A stretch of 64,000 nt of DNA from an uncultured Planctomycetota bacterium (GTDB taxonomy: Bacteria; Planctomycetota; Planctomycetia; Isosphaerales; Isosphaeraceae), in contig CAWJTV010000013.1 of NCBI GenBank assembly GCA_963845755.1, positions 287,973-351,972 on the forward strand, written 5' to 3'. Both the position numbers and the translations under genes were made by a program. How positions within the stretch are numbered: position 1 is the stretch's first letter; every line of letters begins with the position of its first letter. The notes beneath the pieces are model-generated. The model searched no databases and had not been told where the DNA came from. It worked only from the letters and a program-made list of their open reading frames with translations. Shown one piece after another: positions 21,503-31,767 of the stretch.

Positions 21503-23047
21503 ATGCTCGAGACGAACGCAAATGCCTCCCACACGACCCGGTGGTGGATCTCTGCGATCTTGGCGACTTTGCTGGGTTTGGTTCTACGCGGCTTCGCCAT
21601 CGATTCTCAGAGTTTCTGGTACGATGAGGCGGTTTCATCAGATATCATCATGTCCTCTTATGGAGATATATTATGTGGAGACGCGAAGGACCAGGGCAAT
21701 CCGAACGCATACTTGATCTGTGCGAAGGCCTGGTCGGGCCTTTTCGGGCGCACCGAGATCGGGTTTCGCAGCTTTTCAGTGGTTTGCGGCGTCTTGACCA
21801 TTCCTTTACTCGGACTCCTGGGATGTCAACTCTTCAATGAAGACGTGGGGATTATGGCAGCCGGTCTGCTGGCGATCTCACCCCTCGAGATTGAGCTCTC
21901 GAACGAAGCGAGGTGCTATGCTCTGCTTCATCTCGTGGCGGTTGGGAACACGTACTTCTTCGTCTTGTGGGTACGAGGAGAGCGACGGATCGATCTGATC
22001 CTTTACGGAGCGACCGCCGCTCTCGGGTGGTACACTCACTATTACGCCCCCGCGCTCCAGCTGGCCCAAGCAACCTCGCTGGCAGTCTTACCCCACCTTC
22101 GAAAGCGACTTTTCCCCTGGACCGGCGCAATGCTCGGGGCGATCTTGCTCTGGAGCCCATGGCTTCCCGCTTTCGTCGAACAACTCCGCACCCCCGGGAA
22201 CTTGGAGCGTGTCCCCGGGGAGAGTTGGCTGATACAGTACTTCGCTACGCCGATCGCCTTCGGACTGGGGCGAACCTTTGCCTGGCGCGATTCGCCCTAC
22301 TGGATGTTCGGACTGGCGGCACTCGTCGTGATGGTGACGCTGCTCTTTCCGGTTGCTCTCGGAATTGTGCGCGGTCCCTCTCAGCGATTTGCGCGCGTGC
22401 TCCTGCGGCATGGTTCCTGATACCGATTCTCGGCCCTTTGATCCCGGCAGTTCTGGGGAAGCCCATCTATTCATACCGATATGCAAGTATCGGCGTGCCG
22501 GCCTTCCTCTTGCTGGCCGCGCTAGGATTGCGACAACTTCGCCCAACATCGAGAGCGGTCCTCCTGGGATTACTCCTCAGCTTCACCGCGATCTCCTTGT
22601 TCCGGTATGCGACGCGGCCCTTGAAGGATGATTGGCGCTCTGCGGCCCGCACGCTCCTCGCCGGGATGGACGCCCAGGAGTTGGTCCTTTTCGATAAACC
22701 GATCGAGATCGTTACGTTTCGTTATTACGCTTCCAGGTATGGTTGCATGCCGGCGAAGGTGGTTGGCCTGAAGCCTCGGTCAATTGGTGGGAGCAGACTC
22801 TCCGGGAATGGGTATCGGGACGGGACTCGGATCGAGTGGGATGACCGGGATTATTCCGTCGAAATCGGCGCGAGCCCAGGTCTCTGGCTGGCCCTCTGTC
22901 TCCCCGTCCTACGCGCCGAGGAATACACATCGGAGTTTCGAACGCCTGGGTTTTAGGCTGGTTGAACATCAGTCGTTTCATCGAGTTGATGTATATCACT
23001 TCATAAAAATAAAGGGTCTCCGGGGCTCGGACACGCGGGTCCGGTGA
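21503..23047 (+). CDS. GT-C membrane glycosyltransferase (GT39/ArnT/PMT-like); frameshifts near 22408 and 22944
   Basis: SFWYDEA, RSFSVVCG, SNEARCYAL, YTHYY and many TM helices; continues YRYA...KDDWRSAA in ORF 21913-22956. Confidence 0.75.
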
Positions 23048-23073
23048 GTCGCGGTCGCCGCAATTGGGAGGAC

Positions 23074-24261
23074 ATGTTTATGATTATATTAAAATCTATT
23101 TTTTGTTTGTGCGGCTTATTAATTATTTATGTTTATTTAATTTATATGCTTCTGATCTGTTTCCTGGATTACTGGTTCGCGCCATCGACCGGGGAAACCC
23201 CGGACGATCCCGAGGATTGGCCCGAGGTCACGTTGCTGATCGCCGCGTACAACGAGGAAGCCGTCATCGAGCAACGGATCCGCAATGGCCTGGCCATGGA
23301 CTATCCGCGCGAGCGGCTTGAGATCGTGATCGGGCTGGATGGATGCACCGATAACACGGCAACGATTGCCCAGCGATTCGTGGGTCGCAGTCTCAGGCTG
23401 CTCGACTACCCCCAGCGCCGCGGCAAGGCCACCGTCCTCAACGCGGCCATGGCCGAGATCCAGAGTCCGATTGTCCTGATGTCCGACGCGAATACCGACA
23501 TCGATCCTCAGGCGGCCCGCCGCCTCGTCCGATGGTTCCAGGACCCGTGGGTGGGTGCCGTCGTGGGACGGTTGATCCTGACCGAGCCGGGCACCGGCAA
23601 TAACGTGGACAGCCTTTACTGGAGGTACGAGACCTTTTTGAAGCGATGCGAGGGGCGGCTGGGAGCGCTGCTGGGGGCCAACGGCGCCATCTATGCGATT
23701 CGCCGCGATCTCTATGTCCCGATTCCCTCCGACACCATCATCGACGACTTCGTCATTCCGCTGCTGGCCAAGCTCCGTTCGGGCTGCACCATCATCTACG
23801 ATGGCGAGGCCGTCGCGCGGGAGGAGACCCCCGCGAGCGTCGCCTCGGAATTCCAACGCCGGGCCCGGATCGGGGCCGGCGGGTTCCAGAGCATCGCCCT
23901 GCTCTGGCGATTGCTCGATCCCCGCCGTGGCTGGGTCGCGTTCACTTTCCTCTCGCACAAAGTCTTGCGCTGGTTGTGCCCGTTTTTCTTGATCGGACTC
24001 CTGGTCAGCAACGCCCTACTCCGGGATCACATCCTTTTTCGATGGGCGTTCGGCGCCCAGATCGCCTTCTATGGGGTATCGCTCTTGGCAGCCCTCGCGC
24101 CACGGGGTATTAGACTGCCGAAGCTCATCCGGCTAATGACCATGTTTACCGGCATGAACGCCGCCCTCCTCGTGGGCTTCTTCCGCTGGATCACGAGGCG
24201 TCAGAGTGCTGCATGGCGGCGGACGACGCGGGTGGCGGAAGCCACCGGAGCCCTCCGATGA
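23074..24261 (+). CDS. Glycosyltransferase family 2 (membrane-anchored)
   Basis: IAAYNEE, DGCTD, GKATVLN, SDAN, GAIYAIRR, DDF, QRRARI, SHKVLRW; GGAGGA RBS. Confidence 0.9.
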   Translation: MFMIILKSIFCLCGLLIIYVYLIYMLLICFLDYWFAPSTGETPDDPEDWPEVTLLIAAYNEEAVIEQRIRNGLAMDYPRERLEIVIGLDGCTDNTATIAQRFVGRSLRLLDYPQRRGKATVLNAAMAEIQSPIVLMSDANTDIDPQAARRLVRWFQDPWVGAVVGRLILTEPGTGNNVDSLYWRYETFLKRCEGRLGALLGANGAIYAIRRDLYVPIPSDTIIDDFVIPLLAKLRSGCTIIYDGEAVAREETPASVASEFQRRARIGAGGFQSIALLWRLLDPRRGWVAFTFLSHKVLRWLCPFFLIGLLVSNALLRDHILFRWAFGAQIAFYGVSLLAALAPRGIRLPKLIRLMTMFTGMNAALLVGFFRWITRRQSAAWRRTTRVAEATGALR

Positions 24262-25484
24262 ACACGGGATACCTTCTGGCCTGCATCTTCGGCGCCGTAG
24301 TCTTGCTCATGGCAGGGGGCGGCCTCGTCGACGGCGAGTTGCGTCGGAGGAGCATGGACCGCTGGATGTTCACCTACATCCGGGAGCGGTCGAGTCGTCA
24401 TGCGCCGAGACCCGGCAGGCCGGTCCATCTTCTGCTGTGCATCGCCGACCACTTCGAGCCGAGAAATGGCGGGGTGACTCCGGATGTCGCCCGTGGGCGG
24501 ATGCTTCGGTGGACTGAAGACTATCCGAGGTTCTGCCAGGAATTCCGCGACAGCGATGGGCGTCCCCCCCGACATACGTTCTTCTACCCCATCGAGCAGT
24601 ACGTCGATTCGGATCTCGATGCGCTGGCGGAGATCTGTAGACTCGGCCTCGGCGAGGTGGAGATTCACCTCCATCACGACCACGACACTTCGGAAAACCT
24701 GCATCGGACCCTGATGACCTTCAAGGAGGTTTTGGCACGGAACCATGGACTGCTAGCCCGGCATCGCGAGACGGGCGAGGTCGCCTACGGCTTCGTGCAC
24801 GGAAATTGGGCATTGGACAACGCGCGCCCCGATGGGGCTTGCTGCGGCGTCAACGATGAGATCGAGATCCTCAAGAGGACTGGGTGCTACGCCGACTTCA
24901 CGCTGCCCTCGGCGCCCGACCCGACCCAGACCCGCAAGATCAATAGCATTTACTACGCAGTCGACGACCCGCATCGACCCAAGTCGCACGACTCGGGGAC
25001 CGACCTCGGGAGTGGCATGATTCCGCGCGACGGGCTGATGATCGTCCAGGGGCCACTGGTCCTGGACTGGAAGCGCCGCAAGTGGGGGATTCTCCCTCGG
25101 ATCGAGAACGGCTGTCTCCAGGGTAACCAGCCTCCGGACCCGGTCCGACTCGAAGGATGGCTTAGAGCGCGGGTCCAGATCCCCACGCGGCCGGACTGGT
25201 ATTTCGTCAAGCTCCATACCCACGGCGCGCCCGAGGAGAACCAGCGTGTCCTCCTAGGCGAGCCGATGGCCGCGTTCCATCGCGCGCTGGCCCGGAAGGC
25301 AACCGAGGATACGAGCTTCCATTTCCACTATGTAACGGCTCGCGAGATGTACAACCTGGCCTGCGCCGCCGAAGCCGGCTGGCAGGGTACTGTGGATGAC
25401 GCGCGGGATTATGAGCTAGTCTTTAACGGGGCTGTGCGATTGGTGTCGGCCTCCGGTCGAGACATCAACACGGCAACGGCGTGA
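24258..25484 (+). CDS. Hypothetical protein, possibly metal-dependent carbohydrate esterase-like
   Basis: ADHFEP, EIHLHH, GFVHGNWALDN, YADFTLPS, FVKLHTHG; ATGA-coupled to the upstream GT2. Confidence 0.6.
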   Translation: MNTGYLLACIFGAVVLLMAGGGLVDGELRRRSMDRWMFTYIRERSSRHAPRPGRPVHLLLCIADHFEPRNGGVTPDVARGRMLRWTEDYPRFCQEFRDSDGRPPRHTFFYPIEQYVDSDLDALAEICRLGLGEVEIHLHHDHDTSENLHRTLMTFKEVLARNHGLLARHRETGEVAYGFVHGNWALDNARPDGACCGVNDEIEILKRTGCYADFTLPSAPDPTQTRKINSIYYAVDDPHRPKSHDSGTDLGSGMIPRDGLMIVQGPLVLDWKRRKWGILPRIENGCLQGNQPPDPVRLEGWLRARVQIPTRPDWYFVKLHTHGAPEENQRVLLGEPMAAFHRALARKATEDTSFHFHYVTAREMYNLACAAEAGWQGTVDDARDYELVFNGAVRLVSASGRDINTATA

Positions 25485-25573
25485 CGGTGCGCATTTTGTT
25501 CAGCCCACTACTTAAGTAAGATCAGGGAACGAGGCCAGGTCGCAGGCCGTGGACTCCAGCAAGGATTGAAGGC

Positions 25574-27217
25574 ATGATCAACGTCGCCAACGGTGGGGCG
25601 AGTTCGGCGAGATCGTCGCTGCCGACCAAGATGAGAGGACGACTCCTCACTCTGGTCTTGGTCTCGGCTTCGGTCTGGGGCTGTCACTCAGACGTCCGAG
25701 CCGCCGATTACTGGGTCGCTCCCAACGGGCGAGATGCGACCGGTCGGGGCAGTCGATCTCGTCCGTGGGCGACCCTCCAATATGCCGCCAACCGGGTTCG
25801 TAAGGCCGATATCGTCCACGTCCTCGATGGTGATTACGAAGGTTTCTACTTGACCCGCGGGGGGACGCAGTACGCCCCGGTCCAGTTCCGAGCCGAGGGG
25901 AAGCACGTTCGGATCTCGAAGCGGAACCGCGAGACCCCGGACGGGATTAACATCGAGGGTGCCAGCCATGTCATTCTCGACGGCTTCGCGATCAACGGCA
26001 TGCCTCGCGCCGGGATCCGTGCCACGCACAGCTCCGGTACCAGGATCCAACACATCAACGCCGATGGCAACGGGATCTGGGGAATCTACACAAGTTTCTG
26101 CGATGATATCCGCATCGAAGACAACTCCTGCTCGGGATCGATCAAGGAGCACGGAATCTACGTGAGCAACAGCGCCGACCGACCCGTCATCCGCGGCAAC
26201 ACCTCCCGAGGCAATCGGCAATGTGGTATCCATATCAACGGCGATGCGAGCCAGGGGGGCGACGGGATCATCTCAGGTGCCCGGATCGAGAACAACCTCA
26301 TCTCCGATAATGGTCGCGGCGGCGGGTCGGGCATCAATTGCGATGGCGTGCAGGACTCCAAGATCCAGAACAACTTGCTCTACGAGAATCACTCCAGCGG
26401 GATTTCCCTCTACCGCGTCGACGGAGCGGCCGGGTTGACCGGCAACTCTGTGATCAACAATACGGTCGTCCAGGCGACGGATTCGCGGTGGGCCGTCAAC
26501 ATCAAGAACCGGAGCAGGAACAACCTCGTCGCGAACAATATCCTCATGAACGGTGGATCGCGTGGTAGCCTCAACGTCTCCTTGGACTCCTTGGCAGGAC
26601 TCCGGAGCGATCATAACATCGTTGCGGACCGGTTCTCGCCCGACGATGGCGAGCGAATCCTCAAATTATTCTCCTGGCAGTCCGTAACGGGTCTTGATGG
26701 CCACTCTCGCCTCTCGAGTCCCCGGGATCTTTTCGTCGATCCTGATGGCGGCGACTACCACCTCCGGCAGGGGAGTCCAGCGATCGACGCGGCCGACCTC
26801 GCGATGTCTCCACGCACAGACATCGAAGGAGTGCCCCGGCCGCTGGGCGCCGGCCCGGACGCGGGCGCCTACGAAGCGAGGGCCGGCGCCAAGAACGGCC
26901 ACGGCCGAGTCGGTCCTCTTCGAGGGCATGTCCTCACAGCAGGATTCCTTGCTCTCGTCGTTGCTGGGTTCGCAGCAACATGGGGGTTTCGCGCTTGGAT
27001 TCAGGCTATTCCCACAGCAATCGTGATGGATGTACTTTTTGATACTTTGGCAAGCTGTTGTGTCGAAGCAACATCCAGTTGCAGGCTACAATCCCCCTTC
27101 GACCTGCCAAACTTGGCACTCTTGATATTTAATGACCAAACTAGACCCTTCAGACCAGAGTCGCGATACGCCCCTGCCGGCTCGTCGCGTTCCGGGTCCG
27201 ATGCATCTCGAAGATGA
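25574..27217 (+). CDS. Secreted right-handed beta-helix protein, paralog of 10404-12551
   Basis: Signal-like N-terminus, YWVAPNG, HGIYVSNS, GIHINGDASQGG, GINCDGVQDS, SPAIDA...PDAGAYE, C-terminal TM. Confidence 0.75.
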   Translation: MINVANGGASSARSSLPTKMRGRLLTLVLVSASVWGCHSDVRAADYWVAPNGRDATGRGSRSRPWATLQYAANRVRKADIVHVLDGDYEGFYLTRGGTQYAPVQFRAEGKHVRISKRNRETPDGINIEGASHVILDGFAINGMPRAGIRATHSSGTRIQHINADGNGIWGIYTSFCDDIRIEDNSCSGSIKEHGIYVSNSADRPVIRGNTSRGNRQCGIHINGDASQGGDGIISGARIENNLISDNGRGGGSGINCDGVQDSKIQNNLLYENHSSGISLYRVDGAAGLTGNSVINNTVVQATDSRWAVNIKNRSRNNLVANNILMNGGSRGSLNVSLDSLAGLRSDHNIVADRFSPDDGERILKLFSWQSVTGLDGHSRLSSPRDLFVDPDGGDYHLRQGSPAIDAADLAMSPRTDIEGVPRPLGAGPDAGAYEARAGAKNGHGRVGPLRGHVLTAGFLALVVAGFAATWGFRAWIQAIPTAIVMDVLFDTLASCCVEATSSCRLQSPFDLPNLALLIFNDQTRPFRPESRYAPAGSSRSGSDASRR

Positions 27218-27266
27218 GACGGCCGATTTCTCAGGTCGATGCCACACACCAAGACCTGGAGGGGTT

Positions 27267-28603
27267 ATGCGTCTGTGCCTGGTCGAAGATATGGCCGCCG
27301 GTGGGCTTGAACCACTGACCTTGACACGTCCGGTGCATGAATTGCTCCTGGGCGCCACCACACTCGCAAGCAAACTTGCGCGCGCGTTCGGTATCGGACC
27401 TGGACCACAGCGTCGTGGATGCGTGATTCGCTCCCATCTGGTGACCGCCCAGCAACATCGTGATCCGCACATGGTGGTGAACGACCGTGACTGGCTGGCG
27501 TGCGCGGCGGTGGTCGTGGCCAACAGTCGATGGGTTCCCCCAGCGGGGTTCCGGGTTCCCGACGATCATGGTCCCTGGGTGGGATTGTGCGAGGGGCAAC
27601 CGGCCTGTGCGCTGGTTGGTCCCGAGGAGGCCGACTCGCTGGAACCGCAGCATGTCAACATCTGGTTCGAGCGGGTCGCGGCCCGGTACGGAGGGTCGGA
27701 GCTCGGCGGCGAGTGGATCGTTCGCCCGTGGGATCTGGTCGCCCGCAACGGAGCCTATCTGGAGCGGGATTTTGTCGAGGGAGGGCATGGGGGAGTCACC
27801 AACCGGCACTTGACCACGATGGCGCTCGTGGGACCAGCCGATCGACTGCGAGTCCACGATACCGCCCGCATCGACCCCTACACCGTCTTCGACACGACGA
27901 ACGGCCCGATCATCCTGGGGCCGAATGTCTGGGTCCAACCGTTCACCCGGATCGAGGGCCCGTGTGCGATCGCCGCCGACACCCAACTCTTCCGGGCCAA
28001 CCTGCGCGGTTGTGTGACGATCGGGCCTCAGTGCCGGATCGGTGGCGAGGTCGAGGCCGCCATCGTCCACGGCTTCTCCAACAAGTATCACGAGGGGTTC
28101 CTGGGGCATGCTTATGTCGGCGAATGGGTCAACCTCGGAGCGATCACGTCCAACAGCGACCTGCGCAATGATTACGGCGAGGTCTCCGTCCCCCTCCAGG
28201 GGGACCCGATTCCGACCGGTCAGGCCAAGGTTGGCTGCTTCATCGGCGACCATACGCGGACCGGCATGGGGAGCATGCTCAATACGGGTACGTCGATTGG
28301 CGTGATGTGCAACGTCCTGCCGGCAGGGATCCTCTTGCCGAAGCACGTGCCGTCATTCACCGCAGTCTTGTACGGCCGGGTTGCGCCAGCTTTTCGCTCG
28401 ACAAGATCTTCGAGACGGCTCGCATCGTGATGAGCCGCCGGGGCAAGGTGTTCAACGAGGCCGAGGAACTGCTCCACATGGCGCTCCACGACCAGACCCG
28501 CCTCGAACGCGAGCGCGCCTTCCAGCGCTCCCATGATCGCCGGGGCGATTTCTGGCCGATCGCCCAGGCCGCACGGCCCGATCGGCCCTACGCCGCTCTG
28601 TAG
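27267..28603 (+). CDS. GlmU-related putative sugar nucleotidyltransferase/acyltransferase with left-handed beta-helix (frameshift near 28390)
   Basis: LEPLTLTRPVHELLLG, CRIGGEV, NKYHEGFLGHAYVGEWVNLGA, KVGCFIGDH. Confidence 0.8.
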
Positions 28604-28744
28604 CTTACGGCGACCAGAACATTGATGTCGCCAGAGAATACGATCACAAGTCACTGTCGCAAGAAAGGCCGTGCTGCACTCAGCCAATATAAAACCGCAC
28701 GTTTCCCAATAATATCGTTTAACTAGGATTCATTGAAAAAAATA

Positions 28745-28773
28745 TCGAAGTGGACTTGACTTCATAGTACAAT
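28745..28773 (+). promoter_or_regulatory. Possible sigma70-like promoter upstream of the diiron-enzyme/ACP cluster
   Basis: TCGAAG-N17-TACAAT preceded by an AT-rich tract (28685-28745). Confidence 0.3.
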
Positions 28774-29001
28774 CACGGTGAAAATCCATCACTCGCTCAT
28801 TGAGGAGCGGGAGAGAGCAGAGTCGCAAGGATCGTCCCAACGAAGTCGGGGACATCTGAGATTGCTCCTGGCGTGTCTGCTCGCGCGCGCATTCGATGTC
28901 TTGCGAGGGCGCCCACAAGGTTCTCTCGAAGCGACCCGCCAGCATTGTCGCTGGTAGTCTCAATTCGACTCACAATCCCAATCTCGTACGGAGGACGTAC
29001 C

Positions 29002-29667
29002 ATGCCATCATCGAATGGGTGTTTGCTTGCAGAACCTGTTGCGTTGATTGAGGACAAGGTGACCGCAATCATCGACGAGCTCATCGAGTCGCTGCCCGAC
29101 CCGAAACAGCTTACCAGCCAAGAGCGCCGTGGGATCATTGCGAGATACACCTCGGTGCTCGAAGGCAATTTCATTTACTGGATGACGGCCGCGGTCATCG
29201 CCGCTAAGGCGGAGCAATCGGGGCCCATCCTGCTGGAAAACCTGTATGAGGAAGTGCATGACTGCCATCCACTGATGCTGCGCAAGTTTGCGATGGCGGC
29301 CAACGCCTTCCCCACCGATACAGACGCCTTGGCGGTGCACGACGACCTGACCAAGATACGCCAGTTCATGGGCAAGCTCTCGCCGGTCAAGTTGGTGTTG
29401 ACGATGGGCTTCTTCGAGGGCTTCATCCAAAAGTTTATGGCTTACCTGGCCTACTTGGCCGCGCAACAGGGCTCGACGGAGATGGAGTACACCGATGTCC
29501 ATGGTGTCTGCGACATCGAGCACACCGAAGGGCTCTTCAAGGTGTTAGCTGCTGAGATTGCCCTGACGTCGCCCGCGCCGGATGCGGATCTCTTCGAGGG
29601 AGTCGCCCTTCTTCGCACTCTGATCGAGCGGATTATCTGGCCCCACGCGGCACCGGCTGCTGCCTGA
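29002..29667 (+). CDS. Heme-oxygenase-like diiron oxidase (CADD/PqqC-like)
   Basis: Helical-looking 221-aa protein with LLENLYEEVHDCH, FFE and YTDVHGVCDIEH, matching the CADD-type E..H / E / H-x3-D-x2-H ligand set; GGAGGA RBS. Confidence 0.7.
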   Translation: MPSSNGCLLAEPVALIEDKVTAIIDELIESLPDPKQLTSQERRGIIARYTSVLEGNFIYWMTAAVIAAKAEQSGPILLENLYEEVHDCHPLMLRKFAMAANAFPTDTDALAVHDDLTKIRQFMGKLSPVKLVLTMGFFEGFIQKFMAYLAYLAAQQGSTEMEYTDVHGVCDIEHTEGLFKVLAAEIALTSPAPDADLFEGVALLRTLIERIIWPHAAPAAA

Positions 29668-29731
29668 ATCGCCGGGCGAGGAAATACGCGTGCCAAGCTA
29701 GCCAAGAACACTGCCAGCGGAGAACTCATGC

Positions 29732-29977
29732 ATGAGCGTTCGATCTGAGATTCTCGACCAGTTCAACCAAGTCGCGCATGAGCAGGACAAGCGGCTCGGG
29801 CCGCTGTCCGATGAATCGCCGCTGCTGGACTTGGGCTTGGACTCGCTGTGTTTCGCGATCATTGTGAGCCGCCTGGAAACCGTGCTGGGCGCGGACCCGT
29901 TCAGCGAGAGCGAAGACGCTCCCTTCCCTGTGATTCTGGGAGAGTTTATACGCTTCTATGAGAACGCCGTGCAATAG
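29732..29977 (+). CDS. Acyl carrier protein
   Basis: 81 aa, acidic, LGLDSL phosphopantetheine motif. Confidence 0.88.
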   Translation: MSVRSEILDQFNQVAHEQDKRLGPLSDESPLLDLGLDSLCFAIIVSRLETVLGADPFSESEDAPFPVILGEFIRFYENAVQ

Positions 29978-31355
29978 CTTCCCTATCCTGCGGGATGCGA
30001 TCGATGCCGACGGGACGCCGCCTGGCTCTTTGATCGGCGCCGCCCATCGCACCACTCTTGGCGATCTGCTCCAGGGGTCAGCGATTGCGTCCGGCGTTGA
30101 GAATCTGCGCGGACGCTCGGTGCTGATCGCCTCGGCTGACCCATTCCTCGTGGCGCTGGCGCTGATCGAGTGCGATGGACTGGCGCGGCGCATGACTCTC
30201 TATCCGCCCGACCTCGCTCTCGAGCATCTGCCCTACGTGATGCGTCACGCCGAGGTGGATTCGGTGGTCTCCGACGGCAGTTTTCTCAGCGCCGCCTCCA
30301 TCGGCGCGGCGCAATATGCCATATGTACGCCGCGGCTGGTCCCGCGCGTTCATGCCAGCCTAGAGCGTCTGCCCACCGAGTGGATTCTGCTCACCTCGGG
30401 AACAACCGGCCGGCCTAAGATGGTGCTGCACACGCTGGCCAGCTTGGCGGGAGCCATTGGCGCCAGCGAGTCGCACACCGAAGTGATCTGGGGCACGTTT
30501 TACGACATTCGCCGCTACGGCGGCCTGCAAATCTACCTTCGCGCCGTGCTGTCGCGTTCGTCGCTGTTGCTTACCGGGCCGCAGGAGCTGGTGGCGAACT
30601 TCCTGCGGCGTGCCGGAGAAGCCGGCGTAACGCACATCTCCGGCACTCCATCACACTGGCGGCGGGCGCTGATGAGCCCCGAAGCCGACCGCATTGCGCC
30701 ACGTTACATCCGGCTCTCGGGCGAGATCGCCGATCAGGCCATCCTCAACAGCCTGCGCTCCTTCTATCCGGACGCTGAGATCAGCCACGCCTTTGCCACC
30801 ACGGAAGCCGGCGTGGCCTTCGATGTCCGCGACGCGCTGTCAGGGTTCCCAGCCAGTATGCTGACCGGCACCTCAGGTGTCGACTTGAAGGTGGTGGACG
30901 CAACGCTGCGCGTGCGCTCCAGCCGCACCGCCGAACGCTATCTCGGCGAGAATCCGCCCGTACTGAAAGACCGGGAGGACTTTGTTGACACCGGCGACGT
31001 GCTCGAGCTTCGCGATGGCCGCTATCACTTCCAGGGCCGGCGCGACGGCGTTATCAACGTTGGCGGGCTCAAAGTGCATCCCGAGGAAGTCGAAGCGGTG
31101 CTCAACCGCCATCCTCAGGTGCGGCTGTCACTGGTCAAGACGAAGAAGAACCCGATTACCGGCGCGCTCGTCGTAGCCGATGTGCTTCTCAAGGACCCGT
31201 CTACTCCCGAGGGCGATCAGGCGCGTGAATTGCAGCAGACCATCGCGCAGTTCTGCCGTGAGTCGCTGGCGCCACATAAGGTGCCGGCGGCGATCAGCTT
31301 TGTTCCCGCGTTAGCCATCTCGGAGACAGGAAAGCTGGTACGCCGTCATGGGTAA
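29958..31355 (+). CDS. AMP-dependent (ANL family) acyl/aminoacyl ligase
   Basis: LTSGTTGRPK, ATTEAG, DTGD, GRRDGVINVGGLKVHPEEVE, SETGKL. Confidence 0.88.
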   Translation: MRTPCNSFPILRDAIDADGTPPGSLIGAAHRTTLGDLLQGSAIASGVENLRGRSVLIASADPFLVALALIECDGLARRMTLYPPDLALEHLPYVMRHAEVDSVVSDGSFLSAASIGAAQYAICTPRLVPRVHASLERLPTEWILLTSGTTGRPKMVLHTLASLAGAIGASESHTEVIWGTFYDIRRYGGLQIYLRAVLSRSSLLLTGPQELVANFLRRAGEAGVTHISGTPSHWRRALMSPEADRIAPRYIRLSGEIADQAILNSLRSFYPDAEISHAFATTEAGVAFDVRDALSGFPASMLTGTSGVDLKVVDATLRVRSSRTAERYLGENPPVLKDREDFVDTGDVLELRDGRYHFQGRRDGVINVGGLKVHPEEVEAVLNRHPQVRLSLVKTKKNPITGALVVADVLLKDPSTPEGDQARELQQTIAQFCRESLAPHKVPAAISFVPALAISETGKLVRRHG

Positions 31356-31391
31356 CGTCATCGTGACCGGCGGAAGCCGAGGCATCGGACT
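31187..31391 (+). repeat. About 205-bp diverged direct repeat, copy 1 (ligase 3' end plus SDR start)
   Basis: Aligns to 32538-32743, including ...GGAAAGCTGGTACGCCGTCATGGGTAAYGTCATCGTGACCGGCGGAAGCCGAGGCATCGGACT. Confidence 0.92.
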
Positions 31392-31746
31392 CGTTGTTCG
31401 CTATGGAGCGGCGATCTTAACTGCACAGGTCTGTATCTGCGGCGGTCCCATGCTGGGGCTAGCATCTGCCGGACGCCGGGACTTCGCTACAGAAACCGTG
31501 CATGCTTCTCCTGCTGCCTAGATCTCCCTGGCCTGCCTGGCAGTCCTCCCGACTGTTCTGGCCTACACCCTGTGGTACGTGGCCCTGGAGCGGCGTTCCG
31601 CAGCGAAATTGACCATCTTTACCCATCTTACGCCGGTCTTTGGCGTCGTGCTGTCGGCGGCGGTGCTTGGCGAGGCTGTCGGGATGACCGTCATTTCAGG
31701 CGGGGTTGTCGTCGTTGGAGAACTCGCCTTCACAAACCTCAAATGA
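31348..31746 (+). pseudogene. Chimeric pseudogene: SDR N-terminus fused in frame to the 3' part of an EamA/DMT transporter
   Basis: MGNVIVTGGSRGIGL, then TAG at 31519, then VLAYTLWYVALERRSAAKLTIFTHLTPVFGVVLSAAVLGE (EamA-like). Confidence 0.7.
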
Positions 31747-31767
31747 ATTTTGTGGTGGCATAATCGT

